From Lysinibacillus odysseyi (GTDB lineage: Bacteria > Bacillota > Bacilli > Bacillales_A > Planococcaceae), in the NCBI GenBank assembly GCA_014595895.1, contig JABUKB010000002.1:152770-184769 (forward strand): a stretch of 32,000 nucleotides of DNA. Direction: 5' to 3'. Under the pieces are notes generated by a model, which saw nothing but the letters and a program-made list of their open reading frames with translations, did not search any database and was not told the origin of the DNA. Numbering within the stretch: the stretch's first letter is position 1; each line of letters begins with the position of its first letter. Below, in pieces: positions 1 to 7,469 of this stretch. The translations under genes and the position numbers were made by a program.

Positions 1-425
1 TGATACTGGTGAATTGCCGTTTTTTCATTCTCTTTCCAAAGTGTAGATAAATAAGGCTCTACATCTAAGTGTATTGCTGCAAATTTCGATGCAGGATATT
101 CCTGGTGGTACTGACTTAACCAGTTCCATAAAGTATCGAAGTCTGTTGTAGTCCAGTTAGGCGCACCGTCTAGGGCCTGCACTTTAATATTTGCATTCTG
201 CATCTTATCGATAAAAGCGGCGTACTGATTATTCGGCAATGTTGGATCGATTTGCAAATAGACTGTCGTTACCTTTTTATCGATGAGGAATTTGGCCGTT
301 TGCTCATCTGTAATTGTCTCTGTATTCCAAAGCCAAGTTGCTTTTGTATATTTTTGCTGTGCCTGTGCATCGTTCAATAGAAAAATAACTCCCAACAAAA
401 CAAAAGTAGAGATTAATTTTTTCAT
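1..425 (-). CDS. secreted protein of unknown function, C-terminal part cut off by the window edge (first 141 aa visible)
   Basis: Open minus-strand frame running off the window start, which is why it is absent from the ORF track. ATG at 425-423 is preceded by GGGGGAG (complement of 431-437). Translation starts MKKLISTFVLLGVIFLLNDAQAQQKYTKATWLWNTE, a signal-peptide-like N-terminus. No stop down to position 1. Function not recognised. Confidence 0.6.
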   Translation of the reverse strand, partial: MKKLISTFVLLGVIFLLNDAQAQQKYTKATWLWNTETITDEQTAKFLIDKKVTTVYLQIDPTLPNNQYAAFIDKMQNANIKVQALDGAPNWTTTDFDTLWNWLSQYHQEYPASKFAAIHLDVEPYLSTLWKENEKTAIHQY

Positions 426-626
426 ATTCTCTCCCCCATCTAAAATATTATTTTTTCCACTTTTATACCATTTTATTAACTTGATATAAACGTTTTTTAC
501 TATATTTATATCGGACAGAAAGAATAGTTCATAATAATATAACTTTTATTTTTTTATTAATCCTTACATCCATATATAGAAAACTGCACTTTTTCTTCAC
601 AATTTATCAATTTTCAAATAAAAGCT

Positions 627-655
627 TTGACATCGTCACTTGAATAAGGTAAATT
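627..655 (+). promoter_or_regulatory. putative sigma-A promoter of guaC
   Basis: TTGACA (627-632), 17-nt spacer, TAAATT (650-655), about 65 nt upstream of the guaC ATG. Confidence 0.45.
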
Positions 656-660
656 ACCAA

Positions 661-698
661 AGGGCGAACATTTTGCTCATTTAATCAAAAAATATTCG
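661..698 (+). promoter_or_regulatory. PurBox-like inverted repeat (candidate PurR operator)
   Basis: CGAACATTTT (665-674) and AAAATATTCG (689-698) are inverted copies with 1 mismatch, lying between the putative -10 and the guaC SD. They resemble the CGAACA-containing PurBox pairs of B. subtilis, where guaC belongs to the PurR regulon. Confidence 0.45.
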
Positions 699-718
699 TA
701 TTTAAGAGGTGCTTTTCG

Positions 719-1702
719 ATGGATAACGTATTTGACTATGAAGATATTCAACTAATCCCAAATAAATGTATTGTAAACAGCCGTTCTGAATGTGATACTT
801 CTATTGTGTTTGGTGGACATACATTTAAATTACCGGTTGTACCTGCTAACATGCAGACAATTATTGATGAATCCATTGCGATTAAACTTGCTGAAAACGG
901 TTACTTTTATATCATGCACCGTTTCAATCCAGAAGCACGTGCAGAATTTATTAAAGACATGCATGCACGCAAACTGATTGCTTCTATTAGTGTCGGTGTA
1001 AAAGAAGATGAGTATGATTTTATCGAACAATTAGCGACGCAAGAATTACGTCCTGATTTTATTACAATTGATATTGCACACGGTCATTCAAATGCAGTCA
1101 TTGATATGATCAAACATATTAAAACACATTTACCAAATTCATTTGTAATTGCAGGGAATGTCGGTACTCCTGAAGCGGTAAGAGAATTAGAAAATGCAGG
1201 GGCTGACGCAACGAAAGTCGGCATTGGACCAGGTAAAGTTTGTATTACAAAAATTAAAACTGGTTTTGGTACAGGTGGCTGGCAATTAGCAGCTCTTCGC
1301 TGGTGTGCAAAAGCAGCTACAAAACCAATTATTGCAGATGGTGGTATTCGTACACATGGCGATATTGCAAAATCAGTACGCTTCGGTGCCTCAATGGTCA
1401 TGATCGGCTCTTTATTCGCAGGTCACGAAGAATCACCAGGTCAAACAGTTGAAAAAGACGGAAAACTGTATAAAGAATACTTTGGTTCTGCGTCAGAATT
1501 CCAAAAAGGTGAAAAGAAAAACGTAGAAGGCAAAAAAATGTATGTAGAACATAAAGGTGCATTGATGGATACATTGACGGAAATGGAACAAGATTTACAA
1601 TCTTCTATTTCTTATGCGGGCGGCAAAAAATTAGAGGCCATTCGTACAGTTGACTACGTAATCGTAAAAAATTCAATCTTCAATGGGGATCGCGTTTATT
1701 AA
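719..1702 (+). CDS. guaC: GMP reductase
   Basis: 327-aa ORF with SD AAGAGGTG upstream. IMPDH/GMPR-family sequence throughout ([19 protein letters not shown]..., [11 protein letters not shown] catalytic-Cys loop). Length is typical of Bacillus GuaC. Confidence 0.93.
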   Translation: MDNVFDYEDIQLIPNKCIVNSRSECDTSIVFGGHTFKLPVVPANMQTIIDESIAIKLAENGYFYIMHRFNPEARAEFIKDMHARKLIASISVGVKEDEYDFIEQLATQELRPDFITIDIAHGHSNAVIDMIKHIKTHLPNSFVIAGNVGTPEAVRELENAGADATKVGIGPGKVCITKIKTGFGTGGWQLAALRWCAKAATKPIIADGGIRTHGDIAKSVRFGASMVMIGSLFAGHEESPGQTVEKDGKLYKEYFGSASEFQKGEKKNVEGKKMYVEHKGALMDTLTEMEQDLQSSISYAGGKKLEAIRTVDYVIVKNSIFNGDRVY

Positions 1703-1752
1703 TAGATGGTATCTCGTTAAGAGCTTCTTCTATTTATAATGTAAATTAAATA

Positions 1753-1803
1753 AAGGAAACGAATCGACTTGATAGCTGGGTCTATTCGTTTCCTTTTAAT
1801 TTG
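1753..1803 (+). terminator. rho-independent terminator of guaC
   Basis: Perfect 12-bp stem AAGGAAACGAAT (1753-1764) / ATTCGTTTCCTT (1784-1795) followed by TTTAATTTGTTT. Confidence 0.7.
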
Positions 1804-1816
1804 TTTGCCATTGTAT

Positions 1817-1866
1817 CCGCTTCGATTGATATTCTACTAAATCCCCACTAGTTATTTGATTACCTT
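1817..1866. repeat. 50-bp direct repeat, copy 1 (partner at 3200-3249)
   Basis: ccgcttcgattgatattctactaaatccccactagttatttgattacctt differs at 2 positions from 3200-3249. Weaker similarity continues on both sides (ttgcc upstream, agaattttttt downstream). Confidence 0.9.
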
Positions 1867-1942
1867 TGAAATATGAAATCACATTTCCTCAGAATTTTTT
1901 AAAAATAGTAACACATAATGATGTATTAGCATTTTTGTATGA

Positions 1943-2254
1943 TCAAATCGCTTTGTTAAAATAAGGAGCTTTGTTTCCTTTACTTTTCTTTACGGCAAGA
2001 AGCTCTTCCAATTTCTGAATATATTCATAATCCTTTGATATTCTTGTAAGGCTTATTAATAAATAGGGTCTTAATCCGGAATTTATTTTTTTGCATCGTG
2101 CAAGATTGATTAAATACTTGGCCATCTTAAATGACTTTAAGTGGGTATGTCCATTTTTGAATTCCTTCTTCGTATTGACGACCATAAATTCCTGCTTTCG
2201 CCCTTTATAAAAAGGAATAATAATAAACTCATCTTTTTTGAAAATTTGATTCAT
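1943..2254 (-). CDS. hypothetical basic protein (103 aa)
   Basis: ORF with ATG at 2254 and an AAGGGA SD-like motif 10 nt upstream. Lys-rich; no family recognised. AT-rich, and lies between the 50-bp direct repeats. Confidence 0.5.
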   Translation of the reverse strand: MNQIFKKDEFIIIPFYKGRKQEFMVVNTKKEFKNGHTHLKSFKMAKYLINLARCKKINSGLRPYLLISLTRISKDYEYIQKLEELLAVKKSKGNKAPYFNKAI

Positions 2255-2510
2255 ATTATCTTCATCCCTTTCCGAATATATTCAAAAACAATCTTACACA
2301 TATGGAGAACTATAAATCACAAATCTCCCCATTTTGCCCCTTCCCTCTCGGTTTTATGTGTATACATCTCTTTAACCTAATTATCGGTTACTATATCTAA
2401 GATCCGCGGAAAAAATCACTTCTTTAGCTATCATTAACAATCTCCGGATGTTTTTACATTAGGTTAAAAGAGAGTTGTTGAGTTGAAAATAGTGTGCAGA
2501 GCAGATCCGA

Positions 2511-2599
2511 TTCTTATACGGACAAATGTTTGTGAAAAAAGCGAGCAATAAAGCGAGCCTAAACCTTTGTTATTTTTTGGCATAATGTCCGTATAAGAA
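2511..2599. repeat. 14-bp perfect inverted repeat separated by 61 nt
   Basis: TTCTTATACGGACA (2511-2524) and TGTCCGTATAAGAA (2586-2599). The interior carries tandem GCGAGC motifs (2541-2546, 2553-2558). No U-tract follows on either strand. Confidence 0.8.
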
Positions 2600-2642
2600 A
2601 AGCGATAGTAATGAAATTAATCGAAACTACCGCTCGCATTAT

Positions 2643-2915
2643 CTAATTATTTTTAATGAGTACTCGCTTTTGTTTTTGCTTTTTCATCACGTACTTCTCT
2701 TTTAATTTGGCGTAATAAGCCGCTGCATGTACTGAATCTACATCGGTCTGACGTAAAGCATACTCGAATGCTTCCACTAAATGCTCTGTTGTGACAAATT
2801 CATTTTTAATTTTAATTAAATCGTAATGCGCATAGTTGTCAGGAATTCTCGATAAAATTTTTTGATCCCCCGTAATCGAAATTAATTTGTTATCGTTTAA
2901 AAAAATTTTTAGCAT
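2643..2915 (-). CDS. hypothetical protein (90 aa)
   Basis: ORF with ATG at 2915 preceded by AAGGAGAG at 8-nt spacing. No family recognised. Confidence 0.55.
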   Translation of the reverse strand: MLKIFLNDNKLISITGDQKILSRIPDNYAHYDLIKIKNEFVTTEHLVEAFEYALRQTDVDSVHAAAYYAKLKEKYVMKKQKQKRVLIKNN

Positions 2916-3069
2916 TCTTCCTTCTCTCCTTTTCTGTTTCTTTTCTAAGCTGCTATTTCACCATTCGAAAGGCGTTGCTTAGTTTGTTTTCTACGATAAT
3001 TATTGGTTTATTACTATGTACCCCAATTTGCTAGGTAATCAATCGCTAAATTGATCATTATAGATTGTT

Positions 3070-3147
3070 TTAATTATTAATTAGCTCTAAAGCGTCATTC
3101 ATATACTCAATGTCCGTTGGTCTGACACCATGTGTGAATTTACTCAC
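3070..3147 (-). CDS. possible 25-aa micro-ORF (MSKFTHGVRPTDIEYMNDALELINN)
   Basis: GTG at 3147 preceded by GGGGGAG (complement of 3156-3162) at 8-nt spacing; stop TAA at 3072-3070. Not in the ORF track because it is too short. No homology recognised, so support rests on the SD only. Confidence 0.25.
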   Translation of the reverse strand: MSKFTHGVRPTDIEYMNDALELINN

Positions 3148-3199
3148 TTCTTCTACTCCCCCTCGAACAATTAAAGGTGATGAGAAATGGACTAAATTG

Positions 3200-3249
3200 C
3201 CGCTTCGATCGATATTCTACTAAATCCTCACTAGTTATTTGATTACCTT
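3200..3249. repeat. 50-bp direct repeat, copy 2 (partner at 1817-1866)
   Basis: ccgcttcgatcgatattctactaaatcctcactagttatttgattacctt; 48/50 identical to copy 1. Confidence 0.9.
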
Positions 3250-3364
3250 GTCATCCTTCTTAAGAATTTTTTTCAATTCACTCCAAAACCTAAAAGGCGA
3301 ATTTGTATAAATAGCTTTGCTACAGGGTAGCCTTTTTAAAGGAAAATCTGGAGGTGCGATTTAC

Positions 3365-3574
3365 ATGTTTGAGAAAAAATTAGCACTTCATGAAACAATG
3401 GAATTTCATGAAGTCATAAACTTTATGACAACTAGTTTACTTAAATCGAAGCTGAGTCAAGGTGTAGTCTTTGATGATGATTTAAGAGCGTTATTAGATA
3501 AAAATGTAAAGTTATCTACCCCGGCGCTCACTGCTATGGTTAAGCTCTACGCTAAATCGGAATTAGAATATTAG
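3365..3574 (+). CDS. small CotF-domain spore coat-like protein (YraG/YraD-like, 69 aa)
   Basis: ATG at 3365 with GGAGGTG SD (3349-3355); the TTG start at 3317 in the ORF track has no SD. LALHETMEFHEVINF matches the CotF-type LAxHE..ElHE motif. The gene order small-CotF, CotF, adhB mirrors B. subtilis yraG-yraF-adhB. Confidence 0.7.
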   Translation: MFEKKLALHETMEFHEVINFMTTSLLKSKLSQGVVFDDDLRALLDKNVKLSTPALTAMVKLYAKSELEY

Positions 3575-3586
3575 GAGGACAATTGT

Positions 3587-3949
3587 ATGGAAGACTATTT
3601 AGATCCTATAAACTCAATTGGGATGCCTGAATTAACTGATTCGGGGGTTGCTCTTGAGTTTTTACTTACAACAAAAACGGGTATTCGAAACCTTTCGATC
3701 GCCTTAACTGAAACAGCTTCCCCTGCACTACAAAAAATCATGAGAACTCAGTTAGATGTCATGATTGATTTATATTTTGAGATTTCTGAACTAATGCTGA
3801 AAAAAGAATGGCTTAAGCCCTTTGATCTTGAAGGTCAAAAGGAACTGGATATTAAATCTGCAGAAAATGCGATTACTATTGCGCAGTTGGATTTATTCCC
3901 TAAGAACAGGAATCGCAAGGGAATGTTCCCTACCCCACCCAAAAATTAA
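3587..3949 (+). CDS. CotF-family spore coat-like protein (YraF-like, 120 aa)
   Basis: ATG at 3587 with AGGAGG SD, 12 nt after the stop of the previous gene. Size and position correspond to B. subtilis YraF. Confidence 0.65.
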   Translation: MEDYLDPINSIGMPELTDSGVALEFLLTTKTGIRNLSIALTETASPALQKIMRTQLDVMIDLYFEISELMLKKEWLKPFDLEGQKELDIKSAENAITIAQLDLFPKNRNRKGMFPTPPKN

Positions 3950-3971
3950 ATGGAAAAGAGGGATTTTTTTA

Positions 3972-5108
3972 ATGAAAGCTGTTACTTTTCAAGGCATTAA
4001 AAATATTGAAGTAAAGGAAGTAAAAGATCCTAAAATAAAAAAAGCGGATGATATTATTGTCAGATTAACGACCACTGCTATTTGTGGATCGGATTTGCAT
4101 TTACTTCACGGGATGATTCCGAACCTTGGACAAGATTATGTCATTGGCCATGAACCGATGGGCATTGTAGAGGAAGTCGGTAAAGATGTGACAAAGGTTA
4201 AAAAGGGTGATCGGGTTGTCATTCCTTTCAATATCGCTTGCGGAGAATGTTGGTATTGCAATAACCAATTGGAAAGTCAATGTGATAATGCAAATGATAA
4301 TGGTGAAATGGGGGCCTACTTCGGATATTCAGACACAACAGGCGGATTTCCTGGAGGACAAGCAGAGTATATGCGAGTTCCCTACGGCAATTTTATCCCT
4401 TTCAAAATTCCAGAGAAATCCGAAGTGCCTGATGAAAGTCTAGTACTCCTTGCCGATGCAGCCTGTACTGCTTTTTGGAGTGTAGAGAATGCCGGCGTAA
4501 AAAGAGGAGATACGGTTGTTATTCTTGGCTGCGGACCTGTTGGATTATTAGCGCAAAAATTTGCTTGGTTGAAAGGTGCCGAAAGAGTAATTGCAGTGGA
4601 CTACATCGGGTATCGACTTAAACATGCTAAGAAGACAAATAACGTCGAAATCGTCAATTTCGAAGACCACGAAAATTGTGGAGAATATTTGAAAGAGATT
4701 ACCAAGGGCGGTGCAGACGTTGTTATTGATTGTGTAGGGATGAGCGGAAAAATGACGCCTTTAGAATTCCTTGCAAGTGGAGTAAAACTGCAAAGTGGTG
4801 CTATGGGAGCCATTGTCACAGCCAGCCAAGCTGTAAGAAAAGGTGGAACAATCCAAATTACAGGTGTTTATGGTGGACGGTACAATGCCTTCCCACTAGG
4901 TGACATTTTCCAACGCAATGTAGCGATACGCACTGGACAAGCACCAGTAGTTCACATCATGCCTCATGTCTATAACCTAATCGAGGAAGGCAAAGTAAAT
5001 GCTGGTGATATCATCACCCATGTCCTACCTCTTGAAAAGGCAAAACATGGATATGAGGTATTTGATACAAAACAAGAAGATTGCATTAAAGTAGTTTTAA
5101 AACCCTAA
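3972..5108 (+). CDS. adhB: zinc-dependent alcohol dehydrogenase (AdhB-like, 378 aa)
   Basis: ATG at 3972 (MKAVTFQG...) with AAGAGGG SD; the ORF-track start at 3822 overlaps the previous gene and is rejected. Motifs: GHEPMGIVEEVG catalytic zinc, CGECWYC structural zinc, GCGPVGL Rossmann. Confidence 0.85.
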   Translation: MKAVTFQGIKNIEVKEVKDPKIKKADDIIVRLTTTAICGSDLHLLHGMIPNLGQDYVIGHEPMGIVEEVGKDVTKVKKGDRVVIPFNIACGECWYCNNQLESQCDNANDNGEMGAYFGYSDTTGGFPGGQAEYMRVPYGNFIPFKIPEKSEVPDESLVLLADAACTAFWSVENAGVKRGDTVVILGCGPVGLLAQKFAWLKGAERVIAVDYIGYRLKHAKKTNNVEIVNFEDHENCGEYLKEITKGGADVVIDCVGMSGKMTPLEFLASGVKLQSGAMGAIVTASQAVRKGGTIQITGVYGGRYNAFPLGDIFQRNVAIRTGQAPVVHIMPHVYNLIEEGKVNAGDIITHVLPLEKAKHGYEVFDTKQEDCIKVVLKP

Positions 5109-5280
5109 ATGGACCAATGAAAAGGTACTTTTGAGTGGATTTGGCAATCCAAGGATGGTCATTGGTTTCAGGCTGAACTCCAAAACATTCTATATACTTT
5201 CACACATGCTAAGCATGATGAAACACTTAATAATGCAAAAGCTTTCACTCAAACTAGTTAAGATCTATCATGAAAAGTCA

Positions 5281-5312
5281 AAATGAAGCTCCTTTTAAAA
5301 GAAGCTTCATTT
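5281..5312. terminator. bidirectional hairpin between the convergent adhB and citM genes
   Basis: AAATGAAGCTCCTTTT / AAAAGAAGCTTCATTT form a near-perfect palindrome (1 mismatch). The A/T-rich arms supply U-runs on both strands. Confidence 0.55.
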
Positions 5313-5365
5313 CACATTTGTTATTCATATTATCTAGGCTGTCTTCCTAAGCCATTTGATACTAT

Positions 5366-6679
5366 TTAAATTTGTATCACACCTAATAAAACCGCGATGA
5401 ATAGTAGTGTAATACTTAATCCCCACATCCAAAGGAATGAGAATTTTAAGTGTTTCCCCATCTCTAAACCTGATAAACCAAGCGCAAGCCACACAGCTGG
5501 TGCAAGTGGAGAAACGAATGTTCCGACAATGTTACCGATAATCATAGCATAGGCTGTCGAGAACGAATCGATTCCATACGTTAAACCGATTTGATCCACG
5601 ACTGGGAACAAGGCAAAGTAATAAGCATCCGTACTTAATAGCAAATCAAATGGTACACCAAGTACCCCGATAATAATATGTAAGTATTGTGCTAAAAAGC
5701 TTGGTAAAATATTTACGGCATTATTCGCAATAGCAGTTAACATACCTGTACCGTTTAATATTCCTAAAAACAATCCGGCAGCAATAATGATCGAAGCCAT
5801 CGTTAAGGCGTTCGATGCGTGTGCCTGGATACGTCCCATCTGTTCTTTCGGTGTACGATAGTTCAATGGTAAAGCGATTGCTACACCGATTAAGAAGGCT
5901 AAGCCCGCCGGTAAAAGACCTGACATTAAAACAGCAAGAACAACAATTGCTAAAATGGCATTTGCCCAAATCAGCTTTGGACGTTTCAAAGATTCATCTA
6001 TTTCACTGTTAAGTACACTGTGACTTAAATCAAATTTTAATGTTTCTCCTGTCTCCGCTCGTTTTGCAATTAAGCGTTTTTCACGGAATCCCATAAATAC
6101 AGCGAGTAAAAGCATTAACACAATACCGATTACTTGAATTTGGATTAATGGATGCCAAAGCTCTGTTACATCTGTCTCGAGAACGGAGGCAACACGCCCT
6201 AATGGACCACCCCACGGAATCATATTCATGATTGCCGCAGAACCAGCGATTAATAATAAGAGTAAGTACGGGTTCATACCAAGTCGAACATACAGTGGTA
6301 ACAGTGCTGTGATCGAAATTAAAAAGGTAGATGCACCGGAACCATCCAGCTGCGCGATGACAGCGACAATTACTGTTACAACCGCAACAAGCACGACGTT
6401 TCCTTTTGACAGCGCTACCATTTTATTGATAATTGGTTCAAACAACCCCACATCCTGCATAACTCCAAAAAAGATAATCGCAAAAATAAACATAACCGCA
6501 ACGTTAATTACGGAACTAATCCCATCTCCGAAAAATACGCCTAAATCATCAAACGAATATCCCGCAATAAACATTGCAATGACAGGTGGAATAACCATTG
6601 CAACAATTGGTGATACACGGCCGCTAATTAACAGACTAACAATAACTAAAATCGTTATAATTCCTATAACACTTAACAT
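5366..6679 (-). CDS. citM: CitMHS-family citrate/divalent-metal:H+ symporter (437 aa)
   Basis: ATG at 6679 (MLSVIGIITILVIV...) preceded by a GGGGG SD; the ORF-track start at 6751 lacks an SD. Polytopic hydrophobic protein whose N-terminus resembles B. subtilis CitM. Lies immediately downstream of a CitS/CitT-type two-component system. Confidence 0.8.
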   Translation of the reverse strand: MLSVIGIITILVIVSLLISGRVSPIVAMVIPPVIAMFIAGYSFDDLGVFFGDGISSVINVAVMFIFAIIFFGVMQDVGLFEPIINKMVALSKGNVVLVAVVTVIVAVIAQLDGSGASTFLISITALLPLYVRLGMNPYLLLLLIAGSAAIMNMIPWGGPLGRVASVLETDVTELWHPLIQIQVIGIVLMLLLAVFMGFREKRLIAKRAETGETLKFDLSHSVLNSEIDESLKRPKLIWANAILAIVVLAVLMSGLLPAGLAFLIGVAIALPLNYRTPKEQMGRIQAHASNALTMASIIIAAGLFLGILNGTGMLTAIANNAVNILPSFLAQYLHIIIGVLGVPFDLLLSTDAYYFALFPVVDQIGLTYGIDSFSTAYAMIIGNIVGTFVSPLAPAVWLALGLSGLEMGKHLKFSFLWMWGLSITLLFIAVLLGVIQI

Positions 6680-6773
6680 AAAACAACCCCCATCGTTTAT
6701 AATTGTAATAATTTTATGACAATTATGCGTGTGGAGGAATAATGTGTTCATTTATTTAATAAATACAATAAAA

Positions 6774-7469
6774 TTAATTTTGTTCATAAGTTTCACAGAG
6801 GACATAATTGCGCTCCGGACGACCGACTGTCCCATAAAGAAGCTTCGTTTCTAGAACATTCATTTCAACCAAATACTCTAAATAGCGCCGAGCAGTAGAG
6901 CGACTTGTCCCAATAATTTCACTTAACTGGGTAGCAGTTAAAGTCGTGTACATTTGCTCATTAAATAAGTGAATGACCCGTTCGAGCGTAAATGTATCAA
7001 TCCCTTTCGGTAACCTCTTTTCTGCTGCCGAATTATTTTGCCGATAAAACAGCAAATCCAAATCTTGCTGTGTAAAGTGGGGTTTCTTTTGAAAAGCTGC
7101 ACGTGTAAGGCGCAGCTGTCGAAATGCTTTTTGGAGTCTTGCCTCATCAAACGGCTTCGCAATATAATCAAATACCCCATACGAAAATAATGCTTTCACA
7201 TGTTCATGTTCGGCTGCTGCAGTAACCATGATAATGTAAATATTCGGAAAATGTGTTCGTACATAGGTAACCAATTCATAGCCTGTGACATCTGGAATAA
7301 ATAAATCCATCAACAGAACCGTTGGCGGCGTTGCCGTCTGTACGAGTGCCTCTTTTAATGATGCGCCACTTAGAAATTGCTGTACTTGTGCCTCTGGTTC
7401 AATCGCTTTTATATAGTCGGCATGAATAGCCGCAATGCGAAAATCATCTTCAATTAGCCAAATGTCCAT
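6774..7469 (-). CDS. citT: CitT/DcuR-family response regulator
   Basis: 231 aa. Receiver domain (LLMDLFIPDVTGYEL) plus C-terminal HTH (SEIIGTSRSTARRYLEYL). Overlaps the kinase gene by 20 nt. Confidence 0.8.
   Translation of the reverse strand: MDIWLIEDDFRIAAIHADYIKAIEPEAQVQQFLSGASLKEALVQTATPPTVLLMDLFIPDVTGYELVTYVRTHFPNIYIIMVTAAAEHEHVKALFSYGVFDYIAKPFDEARLQKAFRQLRLTRAAFQKKPHFTQQDLDLLFYRQNNSAAEKRLPKGIDTFTLERVIHLFNEQMYTTLTATQLSEIIGTSRSTARRYLEYLVEMNVLETKLLYGTVGRPERNYVLCETYEQN

Noticed and set aside
3822-3971. N-terminal extensions offered by the ORF track (adhB from 3822, also citM from 6751, cysA from 12906, cysT from 14632, sbp from 15828, cysH from 16222, sat from 16847)
   Set aside because: In each case a downstream ATG has a proper GGAGG-type SD and gives the conserved family N-terminus. 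The longer versions overlap upstream genes or leader hairpins.
5109-5261. Open frame EWIWQSKDGHWFQAELQNILYTFTHAKHDETLNNAKAFTQTS after adhB
   Set aside because: There is no in-frame start codon after the stop at 5118-5120. It would need a -1 change in the T-run at 5129-5132 to join ATG 5117, which itself lacks an SD. At best it is a gene remnant, so it is not called.
6228-6719. 163-aa plus-strand ORF, and similar antisense ORFs (e.g. 5721-5969, 8582-8875, 12300-12662, 12990-13694, 13914-14246, 28764-29018, 30456-30771)
   Set aside because: All lie entirely inside well-supported genes on the opposite strand, lack SDs and have low-complexity translations. Shadow ORFs.
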